Origin: Candidatus Latescibacterota bacterium
Lineage (GTDB): Bacteria > Latescibacterota > UBA2968 > GCA-2709665
Reading direction: 5' to 3'
NCBI GenBank assembly: GCA_965205485.1
Contig: OZ242180.1
Coordinates: forward strand, 1,568,001 to 1,632,000
Length of the DNA: 64,000 nucleotides
Shown here in pieces: positions 31,387 through 40,978 of the stretch; position 1 is the stretch's first letter; each line of letters opens with the position of its first letter. Under the pieces are notes generated by a model. The model had not been told where the DNA came from, did no database searches, and saw nothing but the letters and a program-made list of their open reading frames with translations. Both the position numbers and the translations under genes were made by a program.

Positions 31387-31680
31387 TTATGCCGCCTTTT
31401 CCTTGCTCTTTGATTTTGCGCCGCTGCCGCTTTTTTCCTTCTTGTCCTTTTTCTTGTCTTTAGGGGCGTCCTTCTTTGCCGCCTCCTTGTATCCTTCGCT
31501 CCGGTAGTCGGTAATGTAGAAACCCGATCCCTTGAATATGAGTCCCGCACCGGCGCCGATGAGCCGTTTCAGCTTACGTTCGCCGCACTCCGGACACTTG
31601 CGAAGCGGCGGCGAAGTAATGCTCTGAAAGTGTTCAAATTCATGGCTGCACGCTTCACAAGCGTAGTCATACGTAGGCAT
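31387..31680 (-). CDS. FmdB family zinc-ribbon protein
   Basis: MPTYDYACEAC..CPECG..FKGSGFYITDY. Confidence 0.92.
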   Translation of the reverse strand: MPTYDYACEACSHEFEHFQSITSPPLRKCPECGERKLKRLIGAGAGLIFKGSGFYITDYRSEGYKEAAKKDAPKDKKKDKKEKSGSGAKSKSKEKAA

Positions 31681-31738
31681 AAACGGCTTCCTTTTTCTGA
31701 GTGCTTCGAATTGATAGTGAATCCGACGGTCCATTTAA

Positions 31739-31755
31739 AGCAACATGAGTACCAA
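31739..31755 (-). promoter_or_regulatory. Sigma-54 -24/-12 promoter of FmdB-dnaK
   Basis: Minus strand TTGGTACTCATGTTGCT (GG-N10-GC). Confidence 0.65.
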
Positions 31756-31849
31756 GGCATTAAAAGCACACTGAAATATATGAAAAACAAGCAGATATCA
31801 GATTATACGCGTATTCTGCGTCCGCCCGTAACCTGTCTTTTTTGCATAA

Positions 31850-31868
31850 ATATGCCATTTTGGCATAT
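31850..31868. promoter_or_regulatory. Candidate enhancer palindrome
   Basis: ATATGCCA-TTT-TGGCATAT ~100 bp upstream of the -24 box. Confidence 0.55.
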
Positions 31869-31945
31869 ACAAGAAGGAATGGCTGCATACTTTGCAGCCA
31901 TCCTTGTGTCCGAGAAATCTATCAACGATGTCAGCGCCATTTCGT

Positions 31946-31970
31946 GGGCGACCACAAGGTTCGCCCCTAC
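31946..31970 (-). repeat. GTAG-type REP
   Basis: Minus strand GTAGGGGCGAACCTTGTGGTCGCCC; related copies at 45615 and 58659. Confidence 0.7.
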
Positions 31971-32018
31971 AAATCGAAATATGGCGCAGCAACCCGGCCC
32001 CCCGGCCCCTCAGTTGCG

Positions 32019-32180
32019 GGTAGACGTAAGAGGTAAGAGGGGAGAGATTGCCTGCCTTGTGAGGTTTCTTCTCGTGCCGGAGGCAACGAGGAATATCATA
32101 CCCGGCAATGATCTCATCTACCGTCTTGCGTCTACCGTCTACCCGCCTCTCTTCTACCGCCTTACGTCTCCCGTCTCACC
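32019..32180. repeat. Inverted heptamer repeat tracts
   Basis: ggtagac gtaagag gtaagag ... tctaccg tcttgcg tctaccg / tctaccg ccttacg tctcccg. Confidence 0.65.
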
Positions 32181-33344
32181 GACTTTAGCATGTACCGCCG
32201 CCACAACCGCTTCGGCCGCTTCCTTCAGCTCGCGGGCGACGGTGAACTTCAAATCCGAGTTCTCCAGAATCCGCGCGCCTTCCTCGGCGTTGGTCCCCTG
32301 CAGACGCACCACGACAGGCAGGTCTACCGAGAAATTCTCCAGCGCCTGGACCACACCCTCGGCGACCCGGTCGCAACGCACGATTCCGCCGAAAATGTTG
32401 ATGAGTACGGCCTTGACGCCGGCGTCCGAAAGGAGGATACGGAAGGCGTTCTCGACCCGTTCCACGTTGGCCCCGCCGCCCACGTCCAGAAAATTGGCGG
32501 GTGACGATCCCGCATATTTCACAATGTCCATGGTGGCCATGGCCAGACCGGCGCCGTTGACCATGCAACCAACCTCGCCGTCGAGCTTGATGTAGTTGAG
32601 ATCGAATCCGGAGGCATCCACTTCCAGAGGGTCTTCCTCGTCGGTGTCGCGGAGTTCCCGAATGTCTCCGTGGCGGAAAAGCGCGTTGTCGTCGAAGTTC
32701 ATCTTGGCGTCCAGGGCCACCAGGTTGCCGTCCGCGGTGACCACCAGGGGGTTGATCTCTGCCAGGGAACAGTCGGTGCCGACGTAGGCGGCAAATAGCC
32801 GGTCGATGAACCGCACACCCTGTTTGAACGCATCGGATTCCAGGCCGAGTCCGAATGCCAGCCGGCGGGTCTGAAAGGGTTGAAGTCCGACCGCCGGGTC
32901 GACGGTTTCCCTCAGGATCTTTTCAGGCGTCGCGGCAGCCACTTCCTCGATGTCCATGCCACCCTCACTGGAAGCCATGATGACCAGCCTGGACTGATCC
33001 CGGTCCAGCACCACGCCCAGGTAGAGTTCACGGGCGATATCGGTGGCGCTTTCTATCCACACCTGCTTGACGTTCTGCCCTTCAGGGCCTGTCTGAGGCG
33101 TGACCAGTTTCCTTCCGATCATGTTCCCGGCGTATCCATGGGCGTCGTCGGGGTCCTGAGCGATCTTGATTCCGCCGCCCTTGCCCCGTCCGCCGGCGTG
33201 GATCTGTGCCTTGACGACAACGGCGCCGCCGAGTTCGGCTGCCGCGCTTCGGGCCTCGTCGGCCGTTGTGGCGAGACGTCCGTCGGGGACGGGTACGTCA
33301 TACGACTTGAGGATTTCCTTGGCCTGGTATTCATGGATTTTCAT
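32154..33344 (-). CDS. sucC: Succinyl-CoA ligase beta subunit
   Basis: MKIHEYQAK, KAQIHAGGRGK, NGAGLAMATMD, NIFGGIVRCD. Confidence 0.98.
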   Translation of the reverse strand: MKIHEYQAKEILKSYDVPVPDGRLATTADEARSAAAELGGAVVVKAQIHAGGRGKGGGIKIAQDPDDAHGYAGNMIGRKLVTPQTGPEGQNVKQVWIESATDIARELYLGVVLDRDQSRLVIMASSEGGMDIEEVAAATPEKILRETVDPAVGLQPFQTRRLAFGLGLESDAFKQGVRFIDRLFAAYVGTDCSLAEINPLVVTADGNLVALDAKMNFDDNALFRHGDIRELRDTDEEDPLEVDASGFDLNYIKLDGEVGCMVNGAGLAMATMDIVKYAGSSPANFLDVGGGANVERVENAFRILLSDAGVKAVLINIFGGIVRCDRVAEGVVQALENFSVDLPVVVRLQGTNAEEGARILENSDLKFTVARELKEAAEAVVAAVHAKVGETGDVRR

Positions 33345-33388
33345 GGCGTCTCCTCTTGACGCTTCGCGTCGTGAACGCGGAGCGGGCA

Positions 33389-34963
33389 TTACCGTATCTC
33401 TCTCAGGTCCTCTCCCGTCATGGCCTCCGGTTTGCGAAGCCCCAGCACGCCCAGAAAGGTGGGCGCCACGTCGCAGAGCCGGCCGCTCTTCCGGAGCCTT
33501 CCGCGGAATGCCGGATCCACAAGAATCAACGGCGCGGGATTGGCCGTATGGGCGGTGTGGGGTTCACGGGTCCTCTGGTGAATCATCTGTTCGGCGTTGC
33601 CGTGGTCCGCGGTGACGATGGCGGCGCCCCCCACTTCGGCGATGGCTGTCAGGATCCGCCCCAGACACCCGTCTACGGTCGTCACCGCCTTGACCGCAGC
33701 ATCCAGGACACCGGTGTGGCCGACCATATCGGGGTTTGCGAAATTACAGATCGCGGCGTCGAAGCGCCGTGACCGGATGGCGTCGACGAATTTTCGAGTG
33801 ACGTCCCGCGCGCTCATTTCGGGCTTGTGGTCGTACGTCGGCACGTCCCTGGGAGAAGGGACGAGGATGCGGGTTTCGCCTTCGAAGGGTTCCTCGCGCT
33901 GGCCATTGAAAAAATACGTGACGTGCGCGTATTTCTCGGTTTCCGCGATGCGCAACTGCCGGAGCCCGGCATCGCTCAACGTCTTCCCGCATACGTCCGG
34001 CATATCCTGGGCCAGGTCTTCGGGCGAAAACGCGATTCCGTCCACGGGCAGGCCGGCTTCGTAACGCGTGAGGCAGGTATAGTGTACGGCGGGGTCGGCG
34101 GTCCGTTTGAACCCGTCGAAATCCGGCTGCACGAAGGCGCGTGTGATCTGACGTCCCCGGTCGCCCCGGAAATTGAAGCAGATCACGGAGTCGCCGTCAC
34201 CGACTGTCGCCGGAGGTCCCTCGCCGGCGCCGGCGATGACGATCGGCTTGACGAACTCGTCGGTCTCGTCTCGATCGTACGCGTCCTGAATGGCCTCCAG
34301 CGGGTCGCCCGCGCGCGTCCCCCGGCCGAGCGTCAGGGCATCGAAGGCCACGCGGACGCGGTCCCAGCGCCGGTCCCTGTCCATGGCGAAGTAGCGGCCG
34401 CAAACCGTGGCGATTCTGCCCACACCGGCCGCCCCGCACATTTCCCGGAAGGCGGCCAGAAGACGGAGACCGCTTGTGGGCGGCGTGTCACGCCCGTCGA
34501 GCCACGCGTGTACGCAGACCTGGTCAGGATTCAACCGGCGGCCGGCGGCTATTTTCAGCAGCGCGTTGTAGTGGTTGGGCCAGGAATGCACCCCGCCGTC
34601 GGACACAAGCCCGATCAGATGGAGGCGGCGATCGGTGCCGGCAACCCGGTCCATCGACGCGAGCAACGCTTCGTTTCGCGAGAAGCCGCCGTCCTTCACC
34701 CTGTCGTCGATCCGGGTGACGGCCTGCATCACGATACGTCCCGCGCCAAGGTTGAGATGCCCGACTTCGGAATTGCCGATCAATCCATCGGGCAGGCCGA
34801 CACTTCGTCCGCAGGTCCGGAGCGTCGTGGACGGGTGCGCCGCGCCAATGCGGTCCATCGTGGGCGTATCCGCCATCGCGACCGCGTTGTGGTCCACGCT
34901 GGGAGAAAGGCCCCATCCGTCGAGGATGATCAGGGCGGTAAAACGTCGTTCTGGACTGGACAT
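33389..34963 (-). CDS. gpmI: BPG-independent phosphoglycerate mutase
   Basis: ILDGWG, GNSEVGH, AETEKYAHVT, NPDMVGHTG, TADHGN. Confidence 0.97.
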   Translation of the reverse strand: MSSPERRFTALIILDGWGLSPSVDHNAVAMADTPTMDRIGAAHPSTTLRTCGRSVGLPDGLIGNSEVGHLNLGAGRIVMQAVTRIDDRVKDGGFSRNEALLASMDRVAGTDRRLHLIGLVSDGGVHSWPNHYNALLKIAAGRRLNPDQVCVHAWLDGRDTPPTSGLRLLAAFREMCGAAGVGRIATVCGRYFAMDRDRRWDRVRVAFDALTLGRGTRAGDPLEAIQDAYDRDETDEFVKPIVIAGAGEGPPATVGDGDSVICFNFRGDRGRQITRAFVQPDFDGFKRTADPAVHYTCLTRYEAGLPVDGIAFSPEDLAQDMPDVCGKTLSDAGLRQLRIAETEKYAHVTYFFNGQREEPFEGETRILVPSPRDVPTYDHKPEMSARDVTRKFVDAIRSRRFDAAICNFANPDMVGHTGVLDAAVKAVTTVDGCLGRILTAIAEVGGAAIVTADHGNAEQMIHQRTREPHTAHTANPAPLILVDPAFRGRLRKSGRLCDVAPTFLGVLGLRKPEAMTGEDLREIR

Positions 34964-35030
34964 TGCGGAGTCGGAAAATACGTTTTTGGCCTGTGAAAGG
35001 CAAGCCGAAACGGGAATGAAACGGGCCCGT

Positions 35031-35909
35031 TCAGGAAAGGTTCGGGGGAATGGTTTTTCTGAGAATGCGGTGGAAGGACCTTACGATAGGACGGGCGAAG
35101 GTCGTGCTGCGGCCTACGAGCGCGATCGGTCGGGAAAGCCCGGGTTCGGGGAAGCGAATCAGACCCGGGTCCGGAATGCCCAGCGCCCTGGCGATACCCA
35201 GCGGCACCAGCCCGTGGCCGAACCCGCACCTGGCCATCTGCGCGATGCCCGCGAACGATTGCAGGGTCTGTTCGGTCTCGATGCGGATGTTCCATTTAAC
35301 CGAGAGCGCCCTGATGCGCGGTTCCAGGTGAACCCAGGTCGCGGCATGGGGTTCGATGGTGATTACGGGAAGCGTTGTATCGCGGCGAAGTTTAAAAGGC
35401 TCCAGTCCCGAGGGAACCAGGACCATGGGCTCGTCCACGAGAGGCTCCGACTTGACATCGGCGCTGTATTCCCCCCGGTCGGCGCACAGCGCGAGCATGT
35501 ATTCCCCCGATCGAACGTGGTCGATGGCAACGGGGCTTCTGTGGGCGTTGATGACGAGTTCCAGCTGCGGGACGGCCTGCGCGACGCCGGCCAGAACGCG
35601 TGAACCCCATGAGGAAAGTATGGACTCTGAGATGCCGATCACAAGGCGGCTGGCCTGAACGGGGGACTCGTCCGCAACCGCTTCCTTCAGGGCGGCCATG
35701 AACGGCGCCGTCTTTTCCAGCAACTGGATGCCCGCGGCCGTGAGCCGGACGCGCCTGCCAACGGGTTCGATGAGTTTCCGCCCGAGCGCGCTTTCGAGCG
35801 CGTCGATGCGTTTGCTGACGGCCGACTGCGAGATGCGCAGCCGGGTGCCCGCCTTTGTCATGGTGCCGGTTTCGGAAAGCGCGGCCAGGGTTTCGATGTT
35901 CTCGATCAT
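35031..35909 (-). CDS. LysR family transcriptional regulator
   Basis: N-terminal HTH ISQSAVSKRIDALESALG..LTAAG. Confidence 0.92.
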   Translation of the reverse strand: MIENIETLAALSETGTMTKAGTRLRISQSAVSKRIDALESALGRKLIEPVGRRVRLTAAGIQLLEKTAPFMAALKEAVADESPVQASRLVIGISESILSSWGSRVLAGVAQAVPQLELVINAHRSPVAIDHVRSGEYMLALCADRGEYSADVKSEPLVDEPMVLVPSGLEPFKLRRDTTLPVITIEPHAATWVHLEPRIRALSVKWNIRIETEQTLQSFAGIAQMARCGFGHGLVPLGIARALGIPDPGLIRFPEPGLSRPIALVGRSTTFARPIVRSFHRILRKTIPPNLS

Positions 35910-35990
35910 ATCTCAACGTCCTCGGTATGCGGTTCCCGTCATTCGCCCGCCCCGCCAGGCAGCACACCTGCCTTTTATCCAGCTCCAACC

Positions 35991-36007
35991 TATTCCTTCT
36001 TGGAATA
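35991..36007. promoter_or_regulatory. LysR-type T-N11-A box
   Basis: TATTCC-TTCTT-GGAATA dyad upstream of the LysR gene. Confidence 0.55.
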
Positions 36008-36207
36008 TAATCTATAACAATGATTCGCTTTTGTATGGTATTGAATTTAGCTAAATTCGATACGCATGTAAAGTGGGAACCCCGTAATTTCAGAAGCCGA
36101 TGATTCCTTCCGCCGACAACTCCGACAGCCTCATCCACCGGATCGATTCCCACTTGCGGACTTAAGAACATATAATATATTATTTAAGCATCCCTTTGAT
36201 TCGCGCG

Positions 36208-36381
36208 ACCTACCCCCTGACCCCCTTCCTGAAGGAAGGGGGAACATGGGTTGATCGTATTGGGTTCGCGAATGTGCCTGCATGGTATTCTCCCGTCAAT
36301 GCGGGTGTTTCTGGACGACCAGCACGCAATCCCCGGTTTTCCACCCCCTTTCCTTTAGGAGAGGGGGCCGGGGGGAGAGGT
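36208..36381. repeat. Inverted doublet of CCCCT(T/C)CC..GGAGGGG REP-like elements
   Basis: acctaccccctgacccccttcctgaaggaaggggg ... cccctttcctttaggagagggggccggggggagaggt; related copy at 56014-56052. Confidence 0.7.
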
Positions 36382-36406
36382 CTGCGGGGCTGGGAAGAGG
36401 GGTTGC

Positions 36407-36474
36407 TTTTGACTTTGCCTTTCGCCTTTGATCTTTGCTGACAGCTGACAGCTGACGGCTGATCGCTGACAGCT
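36407..36474. repeat. Heptamer tandem repeats
   Basis: TTTGCCT-like units followed by GCTGACA x5 (gctgaca gctgaca gctgacg gctgatc gctgaca). Confidence 0.75.
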
Positions 36475-36492
36475 TCTTTCAGGATTTTCGCC

Positions 36493-39192
36493 ATGACCAA
36501 TATCAAGGATCCCTTCGGCCTGCGCGACCGGTTGCCCACGGCCGGCGGCGACGTGTGGATCTATCGTCTGGATCGTCTGGAAGCGGACGGCGTCGGCGCG
36601 GTTTCGCGATTGCCCTTCACCATAAAGGTGCTGCTGGAGGCCGCGTTGCGGAATCTGGACGGATATCTGGTGTCCGAAGACGATGCGGCGGGGTTGGCCG
36701 GATGGGATGCCGAGTCGCCCGCGCACGCGGAGGTGCCTTTCATGCCGGCGCGCGTGGTATTGCAGGATTTCACAGGCGTGCCCTCCCTGGTCGACCTGGC
36801 CGCGCTGCGTTCAGCCATGGCGCGGATGGGAAAGGACCCGAAACGCATCGAGCCGCGGATTCCCGCCGACCTGGTGATCGACCATTCGGTGCAGGTTGAC
36901 CGTTTTGCGCGCCACGACGCGCTGCGCATCAACGCGGAGATCGAATTCGAACGGAACCGCGAGCGATATGAGTTCCTGAGGTGGGGGGCCAATGCGTTCG
37001 AGAAGTTCAAGGTCGTGCCGCCCGCCACGGGAATCGTGCACCAGGTGAACCTGGAATACCTCGCGAAGGGCGTCATGCGCCAGCGAGGCGTGGCCTTTCC
37101 GGACAGCCTTGTGGGAACGGACTCGCATACCACAATGATCAACGGCCTGGGCGTACTGGGCTGGGGCGTCGGCGGAATCGAGGCCGAGGCGGTCATGTTA
37201 GGTCAGCCAATCTACATGGCCACGCCCGAGGTGGTGGGCTTCAAGCTGTACGGCAGCCTGCCCGACGGCGCGACCGCCACGGACCTCGCGCTGACCGTCA
37301 CGCAGATGCTGCGCGCAAAAGGCGTGGTGGGCAAGTTCGTCGAGTTCTACGGTACGGGACTGTCCGGCATCAGCCTCGCCGACCGCGCAACCATTGCGAA
37401 TATGGCGCCTGAATACGGCGCTACCGTGGGTTTCTTTCCTGTCGACGCGGAAACGTTGCGGTACCTGGAACGCACCGCGAGGTCGGAAGAGGAGGTGGAC
37501 CTGGTGGCGCGGTATACCCGGGCGCAGGGACTGTTCCGAACGGACGAAACGCCCGAACCGGCATTTACGGAAACGCTCGAGATGGACCTGGGCACGGTGG
37601 AGCCGAGTCTGGCCGGGCCGAAACGGCCGCAGGACCGGGTGCCGCTGGACGCTATGAAGCGGGGTTTCGACCACGCATTGACGTCACCCGTCGGTCTCAA
37701 CGGTTTCGGCGTGGACGAGGCCGGTCGAGGGAAGAAGCTGACCGTGGCGGCCAACGGCCGGGCCGAGATCGGACACGGCGCGGTGGTGATCGCGGCCATT
37801 ACCAGCTGCACGAACACGAGCAATCCCTCGGTGATGGTAGGAGCGGGGCTTCTCGCCAGGAAGGCGGTGGAACGGGGCCTGACGGTGCCCTCGTACGTAA
37901 AAACGAGCCTGGCGCCGGGGTCGCGCGTGGTCACGGATTACCTGAATGCGGCCGGGCTGACGCCCTACCTGGAACGCCTCGGATTCCACACGGTCGGATA
38001 TGGATGTACCACCTGCATCGGCAACAGCGGTCCATTGCCGGAACCCGTGGTGGCCGCGATCGATGAAGGCGACCTGGTGGCCGCATCGGTCCTTTCGGGC
38101 AACCGGAACTTCGAAGGCCGGGTGAACCCGCACGTCAAGGCCAACTATCTCGCGTCTCCGCCCCTGGTGGTGGCGTACGCGCTTGCGGGCAGGGTGGACG
38201 TGGACCTGGCCTGCGAGCCCCTGGGAGAGGATGCCGACGGAAATCCGGTTTCCCTCAGGGACATCTGGCCCACACAGGAGGAAATCTCGGATACCATAGC
38301 GCAGGCATTGAAGCCCGAGATGTTCGAAACGCAGTACAGCAACGTATTCGACGGCAATGAAACCTGGAACGCCATCGCAGGGCAGGAATCGGCGCTCTAT
38401 TCATGGGATGGGGACAGCACCTACGTGCAGGAGCCGCCCTTCTTCACGGATCTGACCGAAGAGCCCGCGCCCGTTCGGGAGATTCGCGGCGCACGGGTTC
38501 TGGTGATGCTGGGAGATTCGGTGACGACCGACCACATTTCACCCGCGGGCAGTATTGCGGTGGACAGTCCGGCGGGAAGGTACCTCATCGAATGCGGAGT
38601 GGCGCCGAAGGACTTCAACTCGTACGGCTCCCGGCGAGGCAATCACGAAGTGATGGTGCGGGGCACGTTCGCGAATATACGCATCCGCAATCATCTGGCG
38701 CCGGGGACCGAGGGCGGCGTCACCGTCCATCTGCCCGATGGGGAACAGATGCCGATTTATGACGCGGCGGTACGTTACGCGCAGGAGGGCGTGCCGCTGG
38801 TCGTCCTGGCCGGCAAGGAATACGGCGCGGGATCGTCGCGGGACTGGGCGGCCAAGGGGCCGGCGCTGCAGGGGGTGAGGGCCGCGATCGCGGAGAGTTA
38901 CGAGCGGATTCATCGCAGCAATCTGGTGGGGATGGGCGTGCTTCCGCTGCAGTACAAGTCCGGTGAAAGCGCGGCGGCGCTGGGGCTCACCGGGAGAGAG
39001 ACGTTCAACATCGAGGGGATTGGAAACGACCTGCGCCCGCTGCAGAACGCAACGGTGACCGCGACGTCGGAAGACGGCGCCGTGACGACGTTTGCCGCCA
39101 CGGTGCGTATCGATACCCCCGTGGAAATCGACTACTATCGGAACGGAGGCATTCTGCACACCGTTCTCAGGAATTTCCTTAAGGAGTCGTGA
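36493..39192 (+). CDS. acnA: Aconitate hydratase A
   Basis: [46 protein letters not shown]. Confidence 0.98.
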   Translation: MTNIKDPFGLRDRLPTAGGDVWIYRLDRLEADGVGAVSRLPFTIKVLLEAALRNLDGYLVSEDDAAGLAGWDAESPAHAEVPFMPARVVLQDFTGVPSLVDLAALRSAMARMGKDPKRIEPRIPADLVIDHSVQVDRFARHDALRINAEIEFERNRERYEFLRWGANAFEKFKVVPPATGIVHQVNLEYLAKGVMRQRGVAFPDSLVGTDSHTTMINGLGVLGWGVGGIEAEAVMLGQPIYMATPEVVGFKLYGSLPDGATATDLALTVTQMLRAKGVVGKFVEFYGTGLSGISLADRATIANMAPEYGATVGFFPVDAETLRYLERTARSEEEVDLVARYTRAQGLFRTDETPEPAFTETLEMDLGTVEPSLAGPKRPQDRVPLDAMKRGFDHALTSPVGLNGFGVDEAGRGKKLTVAANGRAEIGHGAVVIAAITSCTNTSNPSVMVGAGLLARKAVERGLTVPSYVKTSLAPGSRVVTDYLNAAGLTPYLERLGFHTVGYGCTTCIGNSGPLPEPVVAAIDEGDLVAASVLSGNRNFEGRVNPHVKANYLASPPLVVAYALAGRVDVDLACEPLGEDADGNPVSLRDIWPTQEEISDTIAQALKPEMFETQYSNVFDGNETWNAIAGQESALYSWDGDSTYVQEPPFFTDLTEEPAPVREIRGARVLVMLGDSVTTDHISPAGSIAVDSPAGRYLIECGVAPKDFNSYGSRRGNHEVMVRGTFANIRIRNHLAPGTEGGVTVHLPDGEQMPIYDAAVRYAQEGVPLVVLAGKEYGAGSSRDWAAKGPALQGVRAAIAESYERIHRSNLVGMGVLPLQYKSGESAAALGLTGRETFNIEGIGNDLRPLQNATVTATSEDGAVTTFAATVRIDTPVEIDYYRNGGILHTVLRNFLKES

Positions 39193-39241
39193 TCTGCGGG
39201 CTCGGACCGGAGAAAAACAGGCTCTCTATCCGGCGGATCAC

Positions 39242-39283
39242 AAAAAAGAGACCGGGTCCTTTCAGGTACCCGGCCGTGTTTTT
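39242..39283. terminator. Probable bidirectional terminator between acnA and mdh
   Basis: A-run, CCGGGT..ACCCGG stem, T-run. Confidence 0.6.
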
Positions 39284-39316
39284 AAGTACTGATAATCAGT
39301 ACCAAGTAGGCTGTTC

Positions 39317-40240
39317 TTAGAAGTTGAGCTTCCCCACGCTGGACCTGACGGCCTCCGCGGATGAATGAAACGCATTCCGTTCATCCGGTGTGAGGCCGAT
39401 TTCGATGATTTCCTCTACGCCGGAAGCGCCCAGCTTGACGGGAACGCCCATAAACAGATTCTGGACGCCGTATTGGCCGGTGAGCCAGGCGGCGCAGGGA
39501 AGGATACGCTTCTTGTCCCGAACAATGGCCGCCACCATTTCGGCAATGGCGGAAGCGGGTGCGTAGAAGGCGCTGCCCGTCTTGAGGTGTGCGACAATTT
39601 CGGCGCCGCCGTTCCGGGTGCGTTCCACCAGCCGTTCGATGACGGCTTCGTCAAGCAGTTCGAACAGCGGAATGCCGGCCACGGACGAGTAACGGGGCAG
39701 AGGCACCATGGAATCCCCGTGGCCCCCCAGCACGAAGGCGGTGACGTCTTCCACGGAAACATCCAGTTCATCCGCGATGAAATAACGAAAACGCGCGGAA
39801 TCCAAAATGCCCGCCATGCCAACGACACGTGCAGGCGAAAACTCCGTAACTTTCAGCGCCACGTAAGCCATTGCATCAAGGGGATTCGTCACCACGATAA
39901 CAATGGCGTCGGGCGCTGTTTCTTTGACGCGTTCGCAGACCGAACCGACGATATCCGCGTTCGTCGTCAGCAGGTCGTCGCGGGTCATGCCGGGCTTTCG
40001 CGCCAGCCCCGCGGTAACGACCACGATGTCCGATCCGGACAGGCTTCCGGAATCGCTTGAACCCGCAACCCGGGTATCGAAGCGGTCAACCGGCGCCGCC
40101 TCGGCCAGGTCCAGAGCCTTACCCTCTGGAATGCCCTCGGCGACGTCGAGCAGAATCAGTTCGCGGGCGAGCTCCCGTTCGGCGATATGCTGAGCGGCGG
40201 TCGCTCCCACGTTGCCGGCGCCAACCACTGAGATCTTCAA
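39317..40240 (-). CDS. mdh: Malate dehydrogenase (LDH-like)
   Basis: [28 protein letters not shown]. Confidence 0.96.
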   Translation of the reverse strand: MKISVVGAGNVGATAAQHIAERELARELILLDVAEGIPEGKALDLAEAAPVDRFDTRVAGSSDSGSLSGSDIVVVTAGLARKPGMTRDDLLTTNADIVGSVCERVKETAPDAIVIVVTNPLDAMAYVALKVTEFSPARVVGMAGILDSARFRYFIADELDVSVEDVTAFVLGGHGDSMVPLPRYSSVAGIPLFELLDEAVIERLVERTRNGGAEIVAHLKTGSAFYAPASAIAEMVAAIVRDKKRILPCAAWLTGQYGVQNLFMGVPVKLGASGVEEIIEIGLTPDERNAFHSSAEAVRSSVGKLNF

Positions 40241-40247
40241 TACCGGG

Positions 40248-40508
40248 CTACTCCGCCCTTCGGTGAACGCTGACCTTCTTCCGGTGCTTGTTCATGTTCT
40301 GGAAGGTCACGATGCCGTCGACCAGGGCAAAAAGCGAATCGTCTTTGGCGCGCCTTACCATGTCTCCCGGATGGATCCGCGTGCCGCGCTGTCGGACGAT
40401 GATACTGCCCGCGGTGACAAACTCACCGCCGAAGACTTTGACGCCCAGGCGCTGTCCGCGGCTGTCGCGGCCGTTACGGGAACTTCCGACCCCTTTTTTG
40501 TGGGCCAT
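40248..40508 (-). CDS. rpmA: 50S ribosomal protein L27
   Basis: [16 protein letters not shown]. Confidence 0.99.
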   Translation of the reverse strand: MAHKKGVGSSRNGRDSRGQRLGVKVFGGEFVTAGSIIVRQRGTRIHPGDMVRRAKDDSLFALVDGIVTFQNMNKHRKKVSVHRRAE

Positions 40509-40574
40509 ACGGATACCCTCCTCCCCTGCCTCGTGCGGATCGGCGAAAACCCCGATACCGCGGCAGGAGCCATT

Positions 40575-40886
40575 TTATGCCGAGATGCCGTCGATCCGGA
40601 GTTCCGTATAGGGCTGCCGGTGGCCGTTCTTCCGCCGGTAGCCCTTTCGGCGTTTCATTTTAAAGACTGTGATTTTGTCGTGCTTTCCGTGCCCCAGGAC
40701 GCTGGCTTCTACGGCGGCCCCGTCGACCTGCGGCCTGCCGACGCTGGTTTCGCCGTCTTTGGATACCAGCAGTACGCGATCCAGGGTAAGCGATTCTCCG
40801 GCTTCGGCCTTCAGGCGGGAGACGCGAATGCGGTCTCCTTCCTGAACCTTGACCTGTTGACCGGCGACTTCCACTACGGCGTACAT
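40575..40886 (-). CDS. rplU: 50S ribosomal protein L21
   Basis: MYAVVEVAGQQ..KRRKGYRRKNGHRQ. Confidence 0.98.
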   Translation of the reverse strand: MYAVVEVAGQQVKVQEGDRIRVSRLKAEAGESLTLDRVLLVSKDGETSVGRPQVDGAAVEASVLGHGKHDKITVFKMKRRKGYRRKNGHRQPYTELRIDGISA

Positions 40887-40949
40887 GAAAAAACCTCCAC
40901 AATTCGGATTGGCGCATCCGGCCGTTTCAAGCGCGAAACGGGCCGAAAA

Positions 40950-40978
40950 CGGTAACAAAGACGGGAGGTTTTGTCAAG
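40950..40978 (-). promoter_or_regulatory. Sigma-70-type promoter of rplU-rpmA
   Basis: Minus strand TTGACA-17 nt-TACCGT. Confidence 0.5.

Noticed and set aside
31681..31800. CIRCE element before dnaK
   Set aside because: Only half-site-like strings are present; no TTAGCACTC-N9-GAGTGCTAA. A sigma-54 box fits better.
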